Positions 11,277-20,938 of a stretch of DNA of 64,000 nt are shown in pieces. The position numbers and the translations under genes were made by a program. The stretch lies in NCBI GenBank assembly GCA_963674865.2, contig CAXXYE010000011.1:128001-192000 (forward strand), written 5' to 3'. How positions within the stretch are numbered: position 1 is the first letter of the stretch; each line of letters starts with the position of its first letter. This stretch comes from Candidatus Hydrogenedentota bacterium. GTDB lineage: Bacteria; Hydrogenedentota; Hydrogenedentia; Hydrogenedentales; SLHB01. The notes under the pieces were generated by a model. The model ran no database searches, was not told the DNA's origin, and worked only from the letters and a program-made list of their open reading frames with translations.

Positions 11277-11785
11277 GAAGGCACCCCCTTCGGACTGGTT
11301 TGAGTGGTGTTATCTCAGAACATATTTTGAAATGCATTTCGGCGTGACAATCAACCCGTACGATGGGCCTCCGAGCCCGTCGAGGACCGCTATCCAAGAT
11401 CGACGGGCTCGGAGGCCCATCGTATGGATAAACACATTCTCCAAACAGTCTAGCGGGTGTCCGGGCGGAGGGAAAAGCATTTTATCGGCAAGTCGCCGTT
11501 GGTGCGGAAGAGGCGGCCGATGGACAACTGCCGGACCAACTGATCTAGCCACGCGAAACAACCCGATCGCGGCTTCCGCCGGCCGGGAATCGTTTGCTAA
11601 AACAGTCAGCTTGTTCACCGCCCGATGGCCGTTCGTAAGCTATACTACAGATGGAGCGTCCGTGCGGGCGCGGGTCTTTTTCGACGGCCGTTTCTCCCGG
11701 CCGAAGACCCCGCTACAAGCCGTCCGGCGCAGTATTGGATCGAGGTCCCGCGTGAAACCATTCTTTGAAGCGAGGGTGTTTTGCC

Positions 11786-12437
11786 ATGGCCTTGGGAACC
11801 GTTCTACATACAGCACTTAGCGGTGTGTCGGCCGCGCAGTTTGGCGTGGGCGTGATCGGTAACAATCTGGCCAATCTGAATACCAACGGCTTCAAAGCAT
11901 CCAGCAGATCGTTTTCCACACAAGTTTCGGCCACTCGCGGGATGGGTTCTTCGCCGAGCGATTTCTCCGGCGGGACCAACCCGCGCCAGACCGGCCTGGG
12001 GGGTGATGCCCGGTGCGAGCCTCGCCGATTTCGGCCAGGGCACGATTGCCGTCAATTCCAAACCGACCAGCCTGGCCCTACAGGGTGACGGATTCTTCGT
12101 CCTGGAAGGTTCCCGGGGCGAGAATCTCTACACCCGCGACGGCAATTTCGGTTTCAACGGTGCCGGCGAATTGGTCGGCTCCGACGGACGAGGAGGGTGT
12201 TGGGAGCGGGCGTCAACAAAGACTTCGAGGTCCAATCCGGCAAGCTCTCCCCGCTGAGTTTCAGCCAGGGCATGCAGGTCGAAAGTGAGGACGGCTCCGT
12301 GGCCACGCTGACTGCGGTCAGCGTGGCCGAGAGGACGGCTCGCATCCAGGGCTCGTTCAGCGACGGAGTGCGTCGCGATCTGGGACAGATTCAAGTCGCC
12401 CAGTTCGCCAACCCCGTCGGGCCTCGAACAGCGCGGA
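11786..12437 (+). CDS. flgE: Flagellar hook/basal-body protein, frameshifted and truncated
   Basis: TALSG..VIGNNLANLNTNGFK, LALQGDGFF, YTRDGNF and FANP.GLEQRG motifs; extra bases at ~12000, ~12190, ~12420; C-terminus absent. Confidence 0.75.
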
Positions 12438-12453
12438 GGTACCGCCTGCATAC

Positions 12454-13662
12454 GTGCTCGAGCTCTGTCCCGTGCTGCCGCAGCCGGAGGATACGTTGGG
12501 AAGGATCGCTTTTGCCAAGGCACTTGCTGCAGGGGAAGGCGGCGCAAGTTCGGAACTGTGGGGCGATGCGCGGACACATCTTCACAATGCCATCTCTCTA
12601 GGCGCCCCGAACCAGAGCGAGCTGCTTCGCATGCTGGCCCGTGTCAATCTCGAGCTGCATGAACCGGCCGAGGCAGAGCAGGCCCTGACGCGGGCCGTCC
12701 AATCCAAGCCGGAAGATTTGGCCACGTGGCCCGTCTACTTCGAGTACGCAAGGGAACACGGCCGGATGCCCGCGCTCGAGGGCATCCTGGAGGCGCAGAT
12801 TTCTCGCTTAGCGGCGCAGGATGGGCCGCGCCCGGAAGCCGTGGCCGCGGCCTACTTCTGGCTGGGGCGCGTCTATGGGGAGGACGGGAACTCGGAGGAA
12901 GCGGCCGCCGCCTACGTGCAGGCCGCCCAGGCCGCGCCATACACGCCTGAGGTATGGCGCCGACTTCTGCGTCTTGCCGCGGATGAAACGGGAGTGGGCG
13001 CCCTCCGCGATACACTGGCGTCACTCTTCCCCGAGCCGGCCAAAGTCGAGCGTTGGCCTCTGGCGGCTATGGAATCCATTGCGCGGGCGTGGGAGGGAGG
13101 CCCCTCCGCCCTGGGCGACGCCACGCAGCGTCTTGCCGTGCTTATTGCAGGCCGAGCCGCTTCCGAGGAGGAGGAAGATTGGGGCGAGTACCTTTCCGTG
13201 GCCGAGTTGCTCTCCAAGGAACTGTCGAATGCGGGGCCAGCCACGCCCGGCCTGATGACGGCCCGTGTCAATCTCGCCTATGCTTACCTCGAACTGGGCC
13301 GTATTGAAACTGCGGATGAACTGAGTCACGACTTCCAAGCAGGCAGCGGCGCACCGGAGGAAGAGCAGATCTTCCTTCGCGTTCGCACCGGCATACTCGT
13401 GTACCGGGAGCAATACGCCGATGTCGAGACACTCTTGAAAGATGAAGCGCCGTTGGTGCGCAAGGATCTCTTTCTCAGTGAGGCGTTGGCCAATGCCTTG
13501 GCCCACAACGGCAGGACGGCAGGGGCGCGCCTGCGGTATATGACGATTCTACGGACCTTCCATCTGTCCCAGGCCAAGCGTGAGGAGATTGAAGCAGAGG
13601 TTCGTGCTCTCGGAGGCGTTAATTCTGCCCCGGGCGACACCGCCGAGAAGGAAGGGTCTTAG
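12454..13662 (+). CDS. Tetratricopeptide-repeat protein, probably 5'-truncated
   Basis: Helical TPR-like repeats (AYFWLGRVY..G..EEA..AY); no RBS; the frame is open back into the junction. Confidence 0.7.
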   Translation: MLELCPVLPQPEDTLGRIAFAKALAAGEGGASSELWGDARTHLHNAISLGAPNQSELLRMLARVNLELHEPAEAEQALTRAVQSKPEDLATWPVYFEYAREHGRMPALEGILEAQISRLAAQDGPRPEAVAAAYFWLGRVYGEDGNSEEAAAAYVQAAQAAPYTPEVWRRLLRLAADETGVGALRDTLASLFPEPAKVERWPLAAMESIARAWEGGPSALGDATQRLAVLIAGRAASEEEEDWGEYLSVAELLSKELSNAGPATPGLMTARVNLAYAYLELGRIETADELSHDFQAGSGAPEEEQIFLRVRTGILVYREQYADVETLLKDEAPLVRKDLFLSEALANALAHNGRTAGARLRYMTILRTFHLSQAKREEIEAEVRALGGVNSAPGDTAEKEGS

Positions 13663-13667
13663 GACAT

Positions 13668-14864
13668 ATGGCGCGGCAAGACACGCCCATGCAGTCGGTA
13701 GGAGACGGGGACGCCCGGATTCGAGTCGCCTTCTGTCATTTCACGGCCGATGTCGGCGGCGGCTCGGATCGCTCGCTTTTCGACCTGGCCACCCATCTCC
13801 CGCGGGAGCGGTTTCTACCTTCCATGATCCTGAAAATCGGCGACCCGATGGCCGCGAAATACCGCGAGGCCGGCGTACATGTGATTGAGTTGCCGCTGAT
13901 ACCGCCCAGGAAGGCGTTTGAGCCCGCCAAACTCGCCCGCTTTTTCCTGGCCTACTGGCCGTCGGTATGGCGGATCGCTAGGGCCGTTTCGAAACTGCAC
14001 GCGGATGTCGTCCACGTCAATACGCTGTACAACTTGCAGGGGCCTGTGGCGGCGCGCCTGGCCGGCCGGCCCCTCGTTTGGCACGTGCGCGAGATCGCTT
14101 CCGACTCGCGCGCCGCGCGCATGATGGTGAGGTTGGCATCGATTCTCGCCACGAGGGCCGTCGCAATCTCCGGCACGGTAGCGGAGACGCTTGCCGTTTG
14201 CGGCGATAGGCGGCGCGTGGTTTTCAACGGGATTGACTTGAGTGAGTACAAGGCCCTGCCCGACGCGCGTGGACTTCGTGAAGAGTTGGGCGTTCCGCCC
14301 GGCGCTCCATTGGTGTCCTGTGTGGGGCGTCTGGAGCCGTGGAAGGGACAGCACGTCCTGGTGGAGGCGGCGCCGGCCATTCTCAAGGCGCATCCCGATG
14401 CCCGCATTGCCATCGTGGGCCGCCCTGCCGTGAACAAGCCCGACTATGGGCCCGCGTTGCAGCAGCGATGTCGTGAAATGGGTATCGAAGGTTCCGTGAT
14501 TTTCACGGGGCCGAGGAGCGATGTGCCGGTTCTGCTGGCAGCGTCCGATGTTTTGGTGCTGCCGACCGCGACGGCCGAGCCCTTTGGGCGGACGGTTGTC
14601 GAAGCCATGGCGGCCGGCTGTCCCGTGGTGGCGACGGCCGCGGGCGGCCCGCTTGACACCGTCGTCGATAGTGAAACGGGATGGCTGGTGCCGACGGAAG
14701 ATCCCGGCGCGTTGGCCGAGAAGGTGATCGATCTCCTGAGCGAGCCTGAACGTGCCCGCGAGATGGGCAAGAGGGGCAGAGCCCGCGCGTATGAACGCTT
14801 TGACCTTACGAGGGTGGTAACGGATATGGCCGCCCTCTTTGAGGAAGTCGTCGCCTCGATGTGA
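13668..14864 (+). CDS. Glycosyltransferase family 4
   Basis: GGG at the N-terminus, VWHVRE, VGRLEPWKGQ, EPFGRTVVEAMAAG. Confidence 0.93.
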   Translation: MARQDTPMQSVGDGDARIRVAFCHFTADVGGGSDRSLFDLATHLPRERFLPSMILKIGDPMAAKYREAGVHVIELPLIPPRKAFEPAKLARFFLAYWPSVWRIARAVSKLHADVVHVNTLYNLQGPVAARLAGRPLVWHVREIASDSRAARMMVRLASILATRAVAISGTVAETLAVCGDRRRVVFNGIDLSEYKALPDARGLREELGVPPGAPLVSCVGRLEPWKGQHVLVEAAPAILKAHPDARIAIVGRPAVNKPDYGPALQQRCREMGIEGSVIFTGPRSDVPVLLAASDVLVLPTATAEPFGRTVVEAMAAGCPVVATAAGGPLDTVVDSETGWLVPTEDPGALAEKVIDLLSEPERAREMGKRGRARAYERFDLTRVVTDMAALFEEVVASM

Positions 14865-15103
14865 CGTGTTCCGCGTCCTTGGCGTCGCGGCTACCGAATG
14901 ACTGGCGTGTCGGGAAGGTCATCTGCTAATGTTGACGGTGGGGCGGTTGCTTCCGGCAGGCCAGGATGGGACGGCATGCGGGGCCGCCTGTCGGAGTCGT
15001 CAATGCGCTGTAGGGTGATGTCAACGGGAATGCTTCATCGGCCGCGCCCACAATGCCTTCGCGTTGTGGACACACCTCCTGCGCCCATTTGGAATCAGTG
15101 CGA

Positions 15104-16435
15104 ATGACGGCCGCCACGCGCCAGGAGCGCCAAGTTCTCTTCCTCTATATTCTGACGGATGCCTTTCTGTTCTTTGCCGCGCTTAACCTTGCTTCTCTGG
15201 CACGCCTGAGCACGCTCTATCAGATTGATATCGCGCCTTTGCAACGCGACAGACTCGTCTGCCTCGCCGTCTTCATGGTGGCCTGCACGCTGGCCGGTTC
15301 CTATAAGTCGACGCGGATTGTCGATCGGTTTGACGCCGTCTACTACACCCTCATAGCCTCCGCCGCGACGGGATTCGTCTTAATCAGCATAACGGGCTTG
15401 CTACCGGTGCGGATGCGTGCGATCTCCCGCCGCGAGATTGTTCTGGGTGTTATGCTCGCCGGCCTTCTAGTGCCTGCGTGGCACTACGCCGGCGCGTCGC
15501 TTCTGGCTCGTTTGAGGCCCCTGCATCGCTTCTTCGATGTGTTCGGCAGCGAAAACGAAGCGAGGCGGATTGCCGCAGGAATCAAGGATGATCACACCGC
15601 CACCGCGAACGCCCGCTATGTGCCGCTGGAGGAATGCGCTCGGGAAGACCCCGGCCGGGGCGGAGGCATGGAGGCGATCATCACCCTTGCCGAGAAAGAC
15701 AGTGGCCAATTGATGCCGCTGCTCGAGTGGTGTGAGAAGCATTACCGGCGCATTTTCCTTCATCCCAGTCTTTACGACACGCTCCTGCTGCCGCATACCC
15801 ACTTGATGGCCGTGGCGGGCATCCCCTTGCTTGAGGTTGGCCATAATCAAGTCACGCCCTACCTATTCGTCAAGCGGTGGATAGACTGCGCCATCGCGCT
15901 GATAGGACTCGTGCTGACATTGCCCGTCTGCATCGCGGCGGCGGCGGCGATCAAGCTGAACTCGCCGGGGCCGGTGTTTTACACCCAGGCCCGGATGGGG
16001 CAACACGGCAAGGAATTTAAGCTCTACAAGTTCCGCTCGATGGTGGCCGACGCGGAGGCCCAAACCGGCCCGGTGTGGGCGACTGATGACGACGCGCGCA
16101 TCACGCCGGTGGGCCGCTTCATCCGCAAGCACCGCGTCGATGAACTTCCTCAGTTGTTCAATGTTCTCGCCGGTGACATGAGCATCGTCGGCCCGAGGCC
16201 GGAGCGGCCGCATTTCCACAAAGAATTCTGCCGGAAGTGGCCTCTTTTCGACAGGCGACTCCAGGTACGCCCCGGTGTGACCAGCCTCTCCCATGTCCTC
16301 GGCCGGTACTCTTCCGAGCCGGTCGACCGACTGCGCTACGACCTGATTTACATCAGCAGTTTGTCCCTGTTCACCGACCTCAAGGTTATCATTGCCACGG
16401 TACGCGTCGTGCTCGGCGGGAAGGGGGCTAGGTAA
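15104..16435 (+). CDS. Polyprenyl-phosphate sugar phosphotransferase (WcaJ/WbaP-like)
   Basis: N-terminal TM helices; KFRSM, DARITPVGRFIRKHRVDELPQLFNVLAGDMSIVGPRPE. Confidence 0.93.
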   Translation: MTAATRQERQVLFLYILTDAFLFFAALNLASLARLSTLYQIDIAPLQRDRLVCLAVFMVACTLAGSYKSTRIVDRFDAVYYTLIASAATGFVLISITGLLPVRMRAISRREIVLGVMLAGLLVPAWHYAGASLLARLRPLHRFFDVFGSENEARRIAAGIKDDHTATANARYVPLEECAREDPGRGGGMEAIITLAEKDSGQLMPLLEWCEKHYRRIFLHPSLYDTLLLPHTHLMAVAGIPLLEVGHNQVTPYLFVKRWIDCAIALIGLVLTLPVCIAAAAAIKLNSPGPVFYTQARMGQHGKEFKLYKFRSMVADAEAQTGPVWATDDDARITPVGRFIRKHRVDELPQLFNVLAGDMSIVGPRPERPHFHKEFCRKWPLFDRRLQVRPGVTSLSHVLGRYSSEPVDRLRYDLIYISSLSLFTDLKVIIATVRVVLGGKGAR

Positions 16436-17095
16436 ATGACGGCCCCCGTGATTCAGAATACCCGCCGCTTTCTGGCGCTCTGGGCGCTGCTCCTGTTTCT
16501 TATGATGGTAGCCGCCGTTCTTGCACACGTTGTGACCGGGCGGGCCATCATCCGGATGAGAGAGAATCATCCTTACGCCTATCTCAAGGAAGCGGATCGC
16601 CTGATGAAGCAGGGCGATTTCACTGGTGCACTGGCCCAAGTCGAAGAGGCGCGCAGGCGTGCGCCCAAAAATCCGGATGTGGATGTTGCCGCCGGACACG
16701 TCTATGTCCGCTTCAAGCGCTGGGAATCGGCCCTGGAAGCCTACGACAAGGCCATAACGAAGGGCAGCGAGAATCCGGGCATGCGCACCAACGTGCTCTG
16801 GGCGCTTATCGAACTTGATCGCTACGACGAGGTGTCCGAGCGGGGGAAACAGTGGATTGCGGAGGGAAGCACCGATCCTACCATCGCGCGTTGTGTCGCC
16901 GAGGCCTGCATTTCTAGTGGCGACGCAGCCGGGGCCATCCCCTATCTGGAACTCGCCCTCAAGAGCCGCCCCAAGGATCTTGCCTTGTTGGATAGGCTGG
17001 AACGGGCCTACAGAGCGGCCGGCGCTGCGGAAAAGGCGGAGCAAGTGCGCGAGAAGCGGAGAGAGATCGAGGCCGATAGGACGCCCTCAGGCTAG
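16436..17095 (+). CDS. Membrane-anchored TPR protein
   Basis: N-terminal hydrophobic helix and TPR-like repeats; abuts the upstream gene. Confidence 0.75.
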   Translation: MTAPVIQNTRRFLALWALLLFLMMVAAVLAHVVTGRAIIRMRENHPYAYLKEADRLMKQGDFTGALAQVEEARRRAPKNPDVDVAAGHVYVRFKRWESALEAYDKAITKGSENPGMRTNVLWALIELDRYDEVSERGKQWIAEGSTDPTIARCVAEACISSGDAAGAIPYLELALKSRPKDLALLDRLERAYRAAGAAEKAEQVREKRREIEADRTPSG

Positions 17096-17119
17096 TTGCC
17101 TTGCCGCCCGTGGCTCGGA

Positions 17120-17560
17120 TCACGCTCCGAGCGCTTTCCTACACACTTCGTTAAGCGTCTTGCCATCCGCTTGATCGCCGAGCTCCTTCTTCATGGCGCC
17201 CGTAAGCTTGCCTGCATGCGTCACTTCGGGATGCGACTCGAGATAGGCCCGGACCTTTTCCTCGAGTTGGGCCGCCGTCAACTGCTGCGGCAGGAACTCC
17301 TCGATGATCCGGATCTCGGCCTCCGCCTCGGCCGCGTCGTCTTTCTTGCCGTGTGAGAGAAACACATCGATGCTGTCGCGGCGTTTCCGAAGCTCACTGC
17401 GCAGCACGGCAACGGCCGACCCGTCATCGAGTTCGCCTCCGGACTCCTTCTCCTTGAGCGTCAGGGCGCCCTTGAGCAGTCTGAGGCACTCCAGCCGCTC
17501 ATGTTCTCGGGCCTTCATCGCCGCCTTCATATCTTCTTGAATGCGCTGCATCATCCCCAT
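17120..17560 (-). CDS. yqeY: GatB/YqeY domain protein
   Basis: IQEDMKAAMKA, KRRDSI, EI.IIEEFLPQQL, G..M...ADGK; GGAGG RBS. Confidence 0.9.
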   Translation of the reverse strand: MGMMQRIQEDMKAAMKAREHERLECLRLLKGALTLKEKESGGELDDGSAVAVLRSELRKRRDSIDVFLSHGKKDDAAEAEAEIRIIEEFLPQQLTAAQLEEKVRAYLESHPEVTHAGKLTGAMKKELGDQADGKTLNEVCRKALGA

Positions 17561-17682
17561 GGATTGTCCTCCTCGACCATGAATTACTCTAGCCGTGAAG
17601 GGCGGTGAATGCAATGCTTTGGGATGTCTGCTCTTGGCTTTCCAACGCGCCGGATTTGTTCGGCCAGGAGGGGCGGCCGGCC

Positions 17683-17704
17683 TCTCACGAAAACCTAACA
17701 GTAG
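17683..17704 (+). promoter_or_regulatory. Candidate Pho box upstream of pstS
   Basis: TCTCAC and CCTAAA-like CCTAAC half-sites at 11-bp spacing; same half-site as before pstC. Confidence 0.4.
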
Positions 17705-17896
17705 GTTCGCTATTTCCTCATGCGTCGCCAACTTTCCCAAAACAACTCCTTGCTAATCTTCGATTGCGTCGGCATGCGGCACGTGCGGGATATCCCGAGG
17801 CACCGTGTCGTGAAATGCATAACGGCCCCGGCACTGGGCGTCGAGGCCGGCCCGACGTGAGCGTTTTCAAGCATGTCAACGAGGAGGAACGACACT

Positions 17897-18757
17897 ATGT
17901 TACGGCATCTAGAGGTACCTTCCATCAAGTGGCTTGGAGCCATGGGTGGCATTTGTCTGGCCCTGCTGGCTGTTTCCGGCGCAGCGGCGGCCCAGGACAA
18001 CGCGAACATTGTTGTGGATGGATCCACAACCGTAGGGCCGATTGCCAAGGCTTTTGCGGAGTACTACATGGGAATGCATCCCGATGTGAACATCACCGTC
18101 AGCGAGTCGGGCAGCGGCAACGGCGCCAAGAGTCTGATTAACGGCACGTGCCAGGTGGCCGACATGTCCCGCTTCATGAAGGACACCGAGTTTGCGGCCG
18201 CCATCGAGAAGGACGTGTTGCCCGTGGCCCACGTCGTCGCCATGGACGGTATCGCCATGGTCGTCCACCCCAGCAATCCCGTCACCGGATTGACGGTTGA
18301 GCAGGTGCGCGACGTCTACTTGGGCAAAATCAAGAGTTGGAAACAGGTGGGCGGCCCGGATGTGCCCATCATCATCATCAGTCGTGACACGAACAGCGGC
18401 ACATACGAGACCTTTGAAGGTCTTGTGATGAAAAAGGAAAAGATCGCCGAAGGCGCGGAATATGTGGGCAGCAACGGCGCCGTCCGGCAGCGTGTCCAGA
18501 GTACACAAGGCGCCATCGGTTACGTCGGCCTCGGTTTTGTGGACCGCACCGTGAAGGCCGTCGAGATCAACGGGATTTCCGCGACGAATCAGACGGTCGC
18601 TTCCGGCCGCTATCCCATTGCGCGACCGCTCTTCATGTTCACCAATGGCTATCCCAAACTGGGCACCCCGATTCACCATTTCGTGACGCTTCACCTGAGC
18701 AAGCAGGGCCAGGAGATCGTTCAGGGCATCGGATACGTCCCAGTGACCAATTACTAG
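17897..18757 (+). CDS. pstS: Phosphate ABC transporter substrate-binding protein
   Basis: GSTTV, SGSGNG, SRDTNSGT, YPIARPLF; GAGGAGG RBS; signal peptide. Confidence 0.95.
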   Translation: MLRHLEVPSIKWLGAMGGICLALLAVSGAAAAQDNANIVVDGSTTVGPIAKAFAEYYMGMHPDVNITVSESGSGNGAKSLINGTCQVADMSRFMKDTEFAAAIEKDVLPVAHVVAMDGIAMVVHPSNPVTGLTVEQVRDVYLGKIKSWKQVGGPDVPIIIISRDTNSGTYETFEGLVMKKEKIAEGAEYVGSNGAVRQRVQSTQGAIGYVGLGFVDRTVKAVEINGISATNQTVASGRYPIARPLFMFTNGYPKLGTPIHHFVTLHLSKQGQEIVQGIGYVPVTNY

Positions 18758-18796
18758 CCGCGACAAGCGAACTTGAAGCGGAGGAGCAAACAGATT

Positions 18797-20245
18797 ATGA
18801 GCAACACACGTATTGGGGTGCTGAGTCTAGCAGTCGCAATTGCCCTGGCATTGACCGTGCAAAGCGCTGCAGCTCAGCCTCTTACCGAGCGAGAGCGCAC
18901 GCTGTTGGAAAAAGTCGACACACTTGAGAAACGCGTGGCGGATCTGGAGCGGAGCCAAGCGGCCGGCCAGGCCGTCAGGTCTGTGAAAGAGGACCAGAGC
19001 CGCGTGCAGCTCGAGAATCGTGTCTCCGAGATTGAGGAGAAAATCGACCAGGATGCCTCCTCGGCAGCCACGGACTTCCGAGTGTTCTGGAAGGAAGGTT
19101 TGCGATTCGAGAGCGGCGACGGCAACTTCAAGCTCCGCGTCGGTGGGCGTATCCAGAATGACTGGGCCTGGTACAATCAAGACGACAGTCTTAAATGGCC
19201 CGTCGGGGATGAACAGGATGGCACGGAGTTCCGGCGCGCCCGAATCTACCTGCAGGGCGACATCTACGAGGACATCTTCTATAAGGCGCAGTACGACTTC
19301 GCCAGTGATAATCCGACATCCTTCAAGGATGTATACGTCGGCCTCAAGAACGTCCCGCATGTTGGCAAGCTGACTCTCGGGCATCGCAAGGAGCCGTTCG
19401 GGCTCGAGCAACTCACCAGCAGCAAGTACATCACCTTCATGGAGCGCTCTTTGGCTGATGCATTCACGCCCGGCCGAAACGTGGGCGCCATGATTAGCAA
19501 CGACGCCTTGGACGAACGCATCACGTGGGCCTTGGGCGTCTGGAAAGATGTCGACGATTGGCCTTCTTCCAATGACTCGGATGAGGATCAGGGCGTTGCC
19601 TTCACGGCCCGTTTAACCGGACTTCCCTGGTATGAGGACGACGGCAGGAAGCTGCTCCATTTGGGCGTGGCTTACAGTCATCGGAATCCTGACGGGGCCA
19701 ACTACCGCTTCCGTGAGCGTCCTGAATCCCACCTGGCCAATCGCTACGTCAACACGGACGGCTTCGTCGGCTTCCGGACACGTGACGGCTCGGTGGACGG
19801 CGTCGACCTCTGGGGATTCGAGTCCGCCCTCGTGTACGGCCCGTTCTCCCTCCAGGGCGAGTACATGCTGGCTGATGTAGACACCGAGTTTGCGGGCAAT
19901 CCTGACTTCGACGGGTACTACCTGCAGGCCAGTTACTTCCTCACGGGCGAGAACCGGCGCTACAAGCAGAGCTCCGCCGCGTTTGACCGTGTGAAGCTCA
20001 ACAACAACTTCTCGCCGGGGAGCGGTAACTGGGGCGCCTGGGAAGTCGCGCTCCGCTACTCATCCATCGACCTGAATGACGGCATCATCCGAGGCGGCGA
20101 GGAGGACAATTGGACTGCCGCCCTGAATTGGTACCTCAATCCAAACACTCGAGTCATGTTGAACTACATCCTCGCCGATGTCGAACATGACCTGTACGAA
20201 GGCGATTTGGACATCCTTCAGTGTCGTTTCCAGGTGGACTTCTAG
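18797..20245 (+). CDS. Phosphate-selective porin, OprO/OprP family
   Basis: EFRRARI, KEPFGLEQLTSSKYITFMERS, LNWYLNPN, terminal Phe; N-terminal coiled coil. Confidence 0.92.
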   Translation: MSNTRIGVLSLAVAIALALTVQSAAAQPLTERERTLLEKVDTLEKRVADLERSQAAGQAVRSVKEDQSRVQLENRVSEIEEKIDQDASSAATDFRVFWKEGLRFESGDGNFKLRVGGRIQNDWAWYNQDDSLKWPVGDEQDGTEFRRARIYLQGDIYEDIFYKAQYDFASDNPTSFKDVYVGLKNVPHVGKLTLGHRKEPFGLEQLTSSKYITFMERSLADAFTPGRNVGAMISNDALDERITWALGVWKDVDDWPSSNDSDEDQGVAFTARLTGLPWYEDDGRKLLHLGVAYSHRNPDGANYRFRERPESHLANRYVNTDGFVGFRTRDGSVDGVDLWGFESALVYGPFSLQGEYMLADVDTEFAGNPDFDGYYLQASYFLTGENRRYKQSSAAFDRVKLNNNFSPGSGNWGAWEVALRYSSIDLNDGIIRGGEEDNWTAALNWYLNPNTRVMLNYILADVEHDLYEGDLDILQCRFQVDF

Positions 20246-20342
20246 GCGACGCCGCCCTCGGCAAGAAGCTTCACTCGCATTCGGTGTGGAAGAACTGGCC
20301 GCAAGGCAAAAAACAAAAGACAAGGAACGAGGAGGAAAGACC

Positions 20343-20498
20343 ATGGTATCTAACAAGAAGCACACGCTGCCCGCAAAGGCGAACCTACTGGTCCTGGAAA
20401 ATCAGGTGGGGATCTTCGGCAGCATCGTCGATGTTCTCATCAGTATCGTCGCCTTTCTTAGCGATCTGTTCAGTTTCCTGGGCGACGCGAACGACTAG
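20343..20498 (+). CDS. Small (51 aa) hydrophobic/amphipathic peptide
   Basis: Strong GAGGAGG RBS; MVSNKKHTLPAKANLLVLENQVGIFGSIVDVLISIVAFLSDLFSFLGDAND; followed by a hairpin. Confidence 0.6.
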   Translation: MVSNKKHTLPAKANLLVLENQVGIFGSIVDVLISIVAFLSDLFSFLGDAND

Positions 20499-20564
20499 CA
20501 GGCATTTGCGTGACGCCCGCGAAGTGTGGACGTTAGCGAATGTCTCACGGGTACGTTGAGGGAA

Positions 20565-20594
20565 GGGGGCGCCTGTCGCGAGGCAGGCGCCCCC
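20565..20594 (+). terminator. GC-rich stem-loop (probable terminator or RNA stabiliser)
   Basis: GGGGGCGCCTGTC-GCGA-GGCAGGCGCCCCC, 13-bp stem with GNRA loop; weak U tail. Confidence 0.6.
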
Positions 20595-20700
20595 GGACTT
20601 TGTGGAGGCTGCGGGGACTTAAGCCACGGCCGCAAGGGAAACCAAGACGAGGCCATGGAATCCCTCCGGCTCGCTGGTTCTAATACGTCGCTTGCGCGGC

Positions 20701-20733
20701 CCTAACACTAATCTAACGTTGACTTGATACGCT
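20701..20733 (+). promoter_or_regulatory. Candidate Pho box upstream of pstC
   Basis: 11-bp periodic units CCTAACACTAA / TCTAACGTTGA / CTTGATACGCT. Confidence 0.5.
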
Positions 20734-20938
20734 CATGCTCCAGTGGCGCTTGTTAGGTATCCAGCCGCTCTTAATCGACTCGTCGCGATGAGATTCCGAG
20801 GCGGCCTGTCCTGCGGCGCGTGCCGTCAAATCACGTTCAGTAAGAGGAGTATGTGCCCTGTCCAGACTGGCCACACCTGGCTCGGAGTCTCCGGCGCCTG
20901 AGCTCGAAGGAGAACTTGCCAGCCGCGCGGGCCTCAGC

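Noticed and set aside
9085..12421. Programmed frameshifting or phase variation in the DUF4838, DUF3604 and flgE genes
   Set aside because: The runs are short, all changes are insertions, and they cluster towards an apparent contig end; sequencing error is more parsimonious
12197..12601. Apparent FlgE-fusion ORF of 134 aa
   Set aside because: Artefact of a frameshift plus the junction
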